64,000 nt of DNA from the human T2T-CHM13v2.0 reference genome, Homo sapiens, in the NCBI RefSeq assembly GCF_009914755.1, contig NC_060928.1. One strand, given 5' to 3'. Both the position numbers and the translations under genes were made by a program. Under the pieces are notes generated by a model. It did not search any database. It had not been told where the DNA came from and saw nothing but the letters and a program-made list of their open reading frames with translations. Shown here one piece after another: positions 59,101-64,000 of this stretch; within the stretch, counting starts at the first letter, position 1; the number at the start of each line of letters is the position of its first letter.

Positions 59101-59944
59101 ATATTAAAAATTCATGAGTGTAAGAAAGGTTCAATATTGATGTGAGTTGAAAAGAATAATGCAGTAGTAAAATCTAAAAATTATTAAAAGCCATGCATAG
59201 GTGTTATTGGCATCATAATTTCTGACCAAAATCGATGCACCACCATTTTAGAAAGAGGCACACCCATTATTTCCCACTATATGCAAAAACACAATAACCA
59301 CATTCAGCTTAAAGTTTAAAATCTCAAAAATTTTGTGTAAGAATTTAATTAATTGTGAAGAATTGTGACATCTACCTTTGAAGTTAATATACAAATATCA
59401 TTGCATTGGTTTCTTAAATAACCATTATAATTGTTTCTCTCATTTTGACGACGTAAATAAAAAATCTTTTATAATATAAACAGCAAAAGGATCACATACA
59501 TGTACATGGTTTAAAATTTTGTGTGTAATTCTGACGTCAAACTATGCAGTTTTTAAATCCTGTCCTTCGATTTGGTTAGTTCATTTGTTTAAAAAATATT
59601 AAAAATTTACTAATTATTATCCTTTATTCCATCATCTTCTATTATTATTTACCTTGTTAGTACTTATATTTATCTTAGAAACTGACCTATAAGAGCACAG
59701 ATGACTTATTTTATTAATGGTAAATTATCTACACAAAGCCTAACCAAGTACAGATGTATAATTTATTTATTTAAAAAAAAATTATTGCACAGCTAACTAA
59801 GATCAAGTTTTGTCCTAGCCTGGAGACATCAGTGGCAAACAAGAAAATGGATCTATAGTGACAGATCTGATTCAATTGGATGAAAATCTATAGAAAAATT
59901 TGTGCAAGTAGTTTGCCTGCATTGTGTTTTTGTTCATTCTAACC

Positions 59945-59973
59945 TGTTTTTTGTTTTGTTTTGTTTTGTTTTT
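59945..59973. repeat. (TTTTG)n short tandem repeat
   Basis: tgttttttgttttgttttgttttgttttt. Confidence 0.9.
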
Positions 59974-59974
59974 G

Positions 59975-60130
59975 GAATAAAAGATGCAGTATACAAGAAG
60001 ACCGTGAACCTGTGATTTGGGAAACCTGAATTTAGGAAGTCTGGACTCTTATCCCTGACACTAGCTAGCAGCTGAATTTAGGAGAGTCACTTAAACTATT
60101 TGTTTCTTTGTTTTCTTATTTGTTTGAAAT
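59975..60130 (+). mobile_element. MIR fragment
   Basis: 'cactagctagcagctgaatttaggagagtcacttaaactatttgtttctttgttttcttatttgt'. Confidence 0.65.
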
Positions 60131-60629
60131 GTGTCTTTTTTCTCATAACCCTGCTTTTAAATAAGTCTATAAATGCAGGGACACTGGTGTTATGTCTTAT
60201 TTTTCTCTGTTTCCCATGTGGCTTAGTAGTAAATACTAAAAGTTCAATTCAAGTTCTTTCAAATAATTAAGCTCACCGATAAAATAAGAATTTCCACCAA
60301 ACTACTAAGATTTATTTAATATATAAATATTGCTTTAGAAAGTATTGATTTTAGAACAATTTTTATGGGAATAAAATAAATAGCTAATAAATCTGGAATT
60401 TGTTTTATATTTAGGCATTTTTTAATGTGTTTTACATGCATCTATCTCATTTAATGCTTTTAACAATGCTACAACTAAAAAGTAGTCAGGTATAGACTGA
60501 AGCTTCACCCAAAGAATTTAGGACAGACCTTCAGTTTATTTAAGTTCTTCCCATTAAAGTAAAAACTCCATCACACAACCTCAATTCTAAATAAGTTACT
60601 ATCTTTGGCTTTGTCATTTTTATCTTTTC

Positions 60630-60930
60630 TTAACATTTTTATTAGAATTATCAAACACATAAAAACAGAGAAAGAATATTATGTTCCCATATGTATATGC
60701 AGCTATCACCAAGCTCTCTCCTCTGAACTATTTTAAAGCAAATCCCAGACATTATACTATTCCACTGTCAAACATCATTATCACATCTAAAGAAAATACA
60801 AATAACTTCTTAATGTCATTTAAAACATATCTACCAAGCTTCAAATTTCCCTAATTGTCTCATAATGTTTTTAGCAATTAGTATTCAAACCAAGGTATAC
60901 ATTTTCATCTTTCAATATCCTTTGTATAAT
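60630..60930 (-). mobile_element. L1MC4/5-type 3' end fragment
   Basis: 'tattttaaagcaaatcccagacat..cattatcacatctaa..ttcaaatttccctaattgtctcataatgttttt'. Confidence 0.7.
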
Positions 60931-61454
60931 ACCCAGCGTATCTGCCAGGTCTTCAGTCTTTCCACTCTACTACTTATTTTGCAAATAACTCATTATTTTC
61001 CCATTTCCTCATTTCACACTTCCAGCAACTCTTTTATAGGAATGGCCAGTCTTTCTTTGATAATTTGACTGTATTTCTATGCTGTTGGAATCCAATATAG
61101 TTAGACTAGGACTCTGTCCTGTCACTGTTAGAGAGACTAACAGCTTGCTATTTGATGATCACTCTTAACTATGATTAATGGAGTTATAGATCTTTTATGA
61201 AAAATGGTCAATAATTTACTTTTCTAGATCAATCTCAACAACCTATCCAACTAGGTCTATTCATTGAGTTATAGTATTTTTTTTTCAATAAAAATATTTG
61301 TAACAAATGCCTAAGTGCTCAAAAATAAAGAAGAAAATAAAGATTATTTTAATTAAGCCAGCCATATTAGAGATAACTATAATTGCCATTTTTACTATCT
61401 TCTATTGTCTTAGCTACATAACTACATAGTAAACAGAGAGAGAGAGCCATGAAT

Positions 61455-61830
61455 AAAAGATAGTGACAAAATTATAGTTATGGGAACAAACTCTAGATTT
61501 AGGTAATACTAATTCAAACCCTGCTTTAAATAATTATTCGCTTTTTAATCCATAAATCTTAATCTCTCTGAATATCAGTTTCCTCACCTCAAAAAATGAA
61601 AATAATAATAGTACTTTATTATTAGGCAGTTTGAAAGTACATATAGTATGGCAGATAAGAACGTTAGTCCACTCCTCATACTGCATAAATTTGATTCCAG
61701 GCTTAATTATTTACTAACTTGACAACTTACTTATGCCTTCCAAATGTGAGCTTTCTCACTTGTCAAGTGGAACTGATAATAATATATAAATGAATATTTT
61801 ATGGAGAATTTGAAAAAGTCTGTGACATTT
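61455..61830 (+). mobile_element. Two tandem MIR fragments
   Basis: Core motif seen twice: 'cttaatctctctgaatatcagtttcctcacctcaaaaaatgaaaataataatagtac' and 'cttacttatgccttccaaatgtgagctttctcacttgtcaagtggaactgataata'. Confidence 0.65.
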
Positions 61831-63752
61831 ACAATATATTTTTAAAAAACTCTCACTTCAGAGCATTGCTTATTTGATATTTCTGATTATTCTCTTTCTA
61901 CCAAATCTATATTTTAATAACCATGAATTCAATTATATTACAGCTTCAACAAGGGTATTCAGTATATATGGAACCTAAAACATAAAAAGCTCTTGCAATC
62001 TTTGCCCACTTTGTTTATATTTCATAATTTTTAGCAAAACTAGTGACCAGTCTAACCTACTAAAATATAAGTTTATAACAATTACCTAAGAACTCTCCTG
62101 CCACTGTGTGAAATAAATACGTATCACTGAGACTTTAGTGGATATAAAAAAATGCTCTTTAGCCTTGCACCTTTCTTAATGTAAAAAAAATTTGAGACTT
62201 TCCACAACTTAAACCCACTTTCAGACTTACAAAAGCCATTTTTTGTCCCTCTAGAAAAGTAGTATACAACAAAACTACAATAAACAGCTTTTGGCTTTGA
62301 TTTTTATTAAAATGGAAGCATAATCAAAAGACTCCCTTGGGGTCAGAAATAATTCTTTTCATAATCCACAATAATCATTTTTCTGTCTGATCTAACTGCC
62401 TTGATCATTAGAAAGAAATTGTAAAATGTGAGACAAAAGTAGATATTTATTTTTAGGGTTCCAATCTACATAAATGCTTCTGTGTTAAATTTCTTTTGTC
62501 TAATGCACAAGTAGGACAGCAAGAAGTACTTCTATAAATAACTGATAATTTTAAATAATTTTACATGTGTTCTAGAAGAATAAAAATAGTTTGCTTTTAA
62601 AATGATAATCTTTCAAGAAAGGACTTTAAATACACTCAAGTGATTTTTTTAATGCAACTTCAGAAAGCAATTCAGAATCCCAGGAAAGAGAATTCATGGA
62701 GCTCCTAGGGTGGAATCCCAGATATGACACCTCTGGTTTCCACCTGGACAGTTCCATTAACACATTTGAAACACAGGTGCCTCCTGAGATTCAGCACTCT
62801 GTTTTGTCTCACTGACTTCATCTTTTCCATTTGACCGTCATCCTTTGAGATCCAGGCCTGGGATGTGTCCAAACGACAACATAATATTACTTACATTAAC
62901 TATGACACAAGAATGTGCTCTAAAGAAATTAAAATGTGTAATTTTAACACATTTAAACAAATGTATTATATCCAAAGGATTTAGAAAAAAACTTAAAATT
63001 ATAAAGTCTAACAGCTCAAAATTAAAGCAAGCAGCATCCCAGGCAAGCAAGTTTGTGTATATGACTAAACTGGGCAAGTGACTCACCCAGAAGGCAGAAA
63101 ACGTCAGGCGTGTTAGAAGAGAAAAGAAAAGGCTGCTTCATGGTATTAGCTGGATCAGTAAGAAACCTGCAGTGATATAAGGGAAAGCAGATGGTACACA
63201 CTGGCTACACCAACAACAGCAAAACAACATCTAAAAGCCACACTCCTACTGCCTTTTTTCCCTTCCTTTCTCCATTCAGTCCAGATCATCTAGGCATTTT
63301 CTCCTACCACTGAGACAAAAACACAAGGTTTTTAGAACAGTTTACAATGCTTCTCTCCCCTGTTTACAATAAAGAGTGAGAAATTTTTAGTAGAATATGT
63401 GTTCTTACAACTAGAAAACTAATGTTTATTTTCAAATGAATTTACAAGTTTTAGTGAATAATGATAAGCAAAATCTGTGGTATAGTATGTCACTTGACCT
63501 AATATAAATCGTTACGTGCTCTTAAAACTTTCCTTGTGGGACTATCCATTAGGGTAGCTTGATTTTAACCTCTCCCTTGTGTGAATGAGAAGTCAAAACT
63601 TTTTAAACCTCCTCTAACAATAATCTAGTCATCCTGTATCCGGGCCTGGCATACACAGAAAAATGATAGCATTGCAAAATAATGACCTATGCTTTGAATG
63701 TCCTTATTGTGTTTTCCCTCCAAGATTCTGCCTCTCTCAAATACCTCTGAAA

Positions 63753-63754
<2 letters not shown>

Positions 63755-63803
<49 letters not shown>
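63755..63803. repeat. Pure poly(A) tract, 49 nt
   Basis: Uninterrupted A run with no Alu or L1 body adjacent. Confidence 0.97.
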
Positions 63804-63807
<4 letters not shown>

Positions 63808-64000
63808 TGGAAGTGTAGAAAAAGAGTAAAATATCTGCAGTATTAATGCATGCTTAAAGAGTTTACACATGTAAAAAAAGTTTAAACATGTGTATAGTAG
63901 AAATGTCTACATGACTTTATTATGTTTCTGTTTATCCAATTCCACACATGATTCAAATCACAGACCTACTATGAAGGGCAGATGGAAAGTCAACAAGAGG

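Noticed and set aside
59200-59480. Possible old DNA-transposon fragment
   Set aside because: Only a faint resemblance; no terminal repeats could be identified.
63625-63870. Poly-Phe ORF
   Set aside because: It is simply the poly(T) strand of the A49 tract.

Overview
This is AT-rich, gene-poor mammalian DNA of anthropoid-primate (human-like) type, judged from its AluS, THE1, L1PA, MADE1 and MER4/MER50/MER57 content. I find no intact host protein-coding gene, RNA gene, CpG island or prokaryotic system. Most ORFs in the supplied track are chance ORFs or fragments of Alu, L1, MaLR or ERV. More than half of the window is recognisable transposable-element sequence. The main structure is a ~14.8 kb decayed class I (ERV1, MER57-type LTR) provirus at 31055-45862. 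It retains readable gag, integrase and env remnants and has been invaded by two complete THE1 elements, an Alu, a MER50 solo LTR, an antisense MER4 5' portion and a twin-primed L1. Other points of note: a ~1.1 kb AT-rich duplicated/fold-back minisatellite born inside an L1, several twin-primed L1 inversions, an intact 80-bp MADE1 hairpin, an ancient ERV-L integrase fossil and a bare A49 tract. I cannot support a claim of a new biological system. Subfamily names come from recalled consensus sequences, not a database search, and boundaries of old repeats are approximate.
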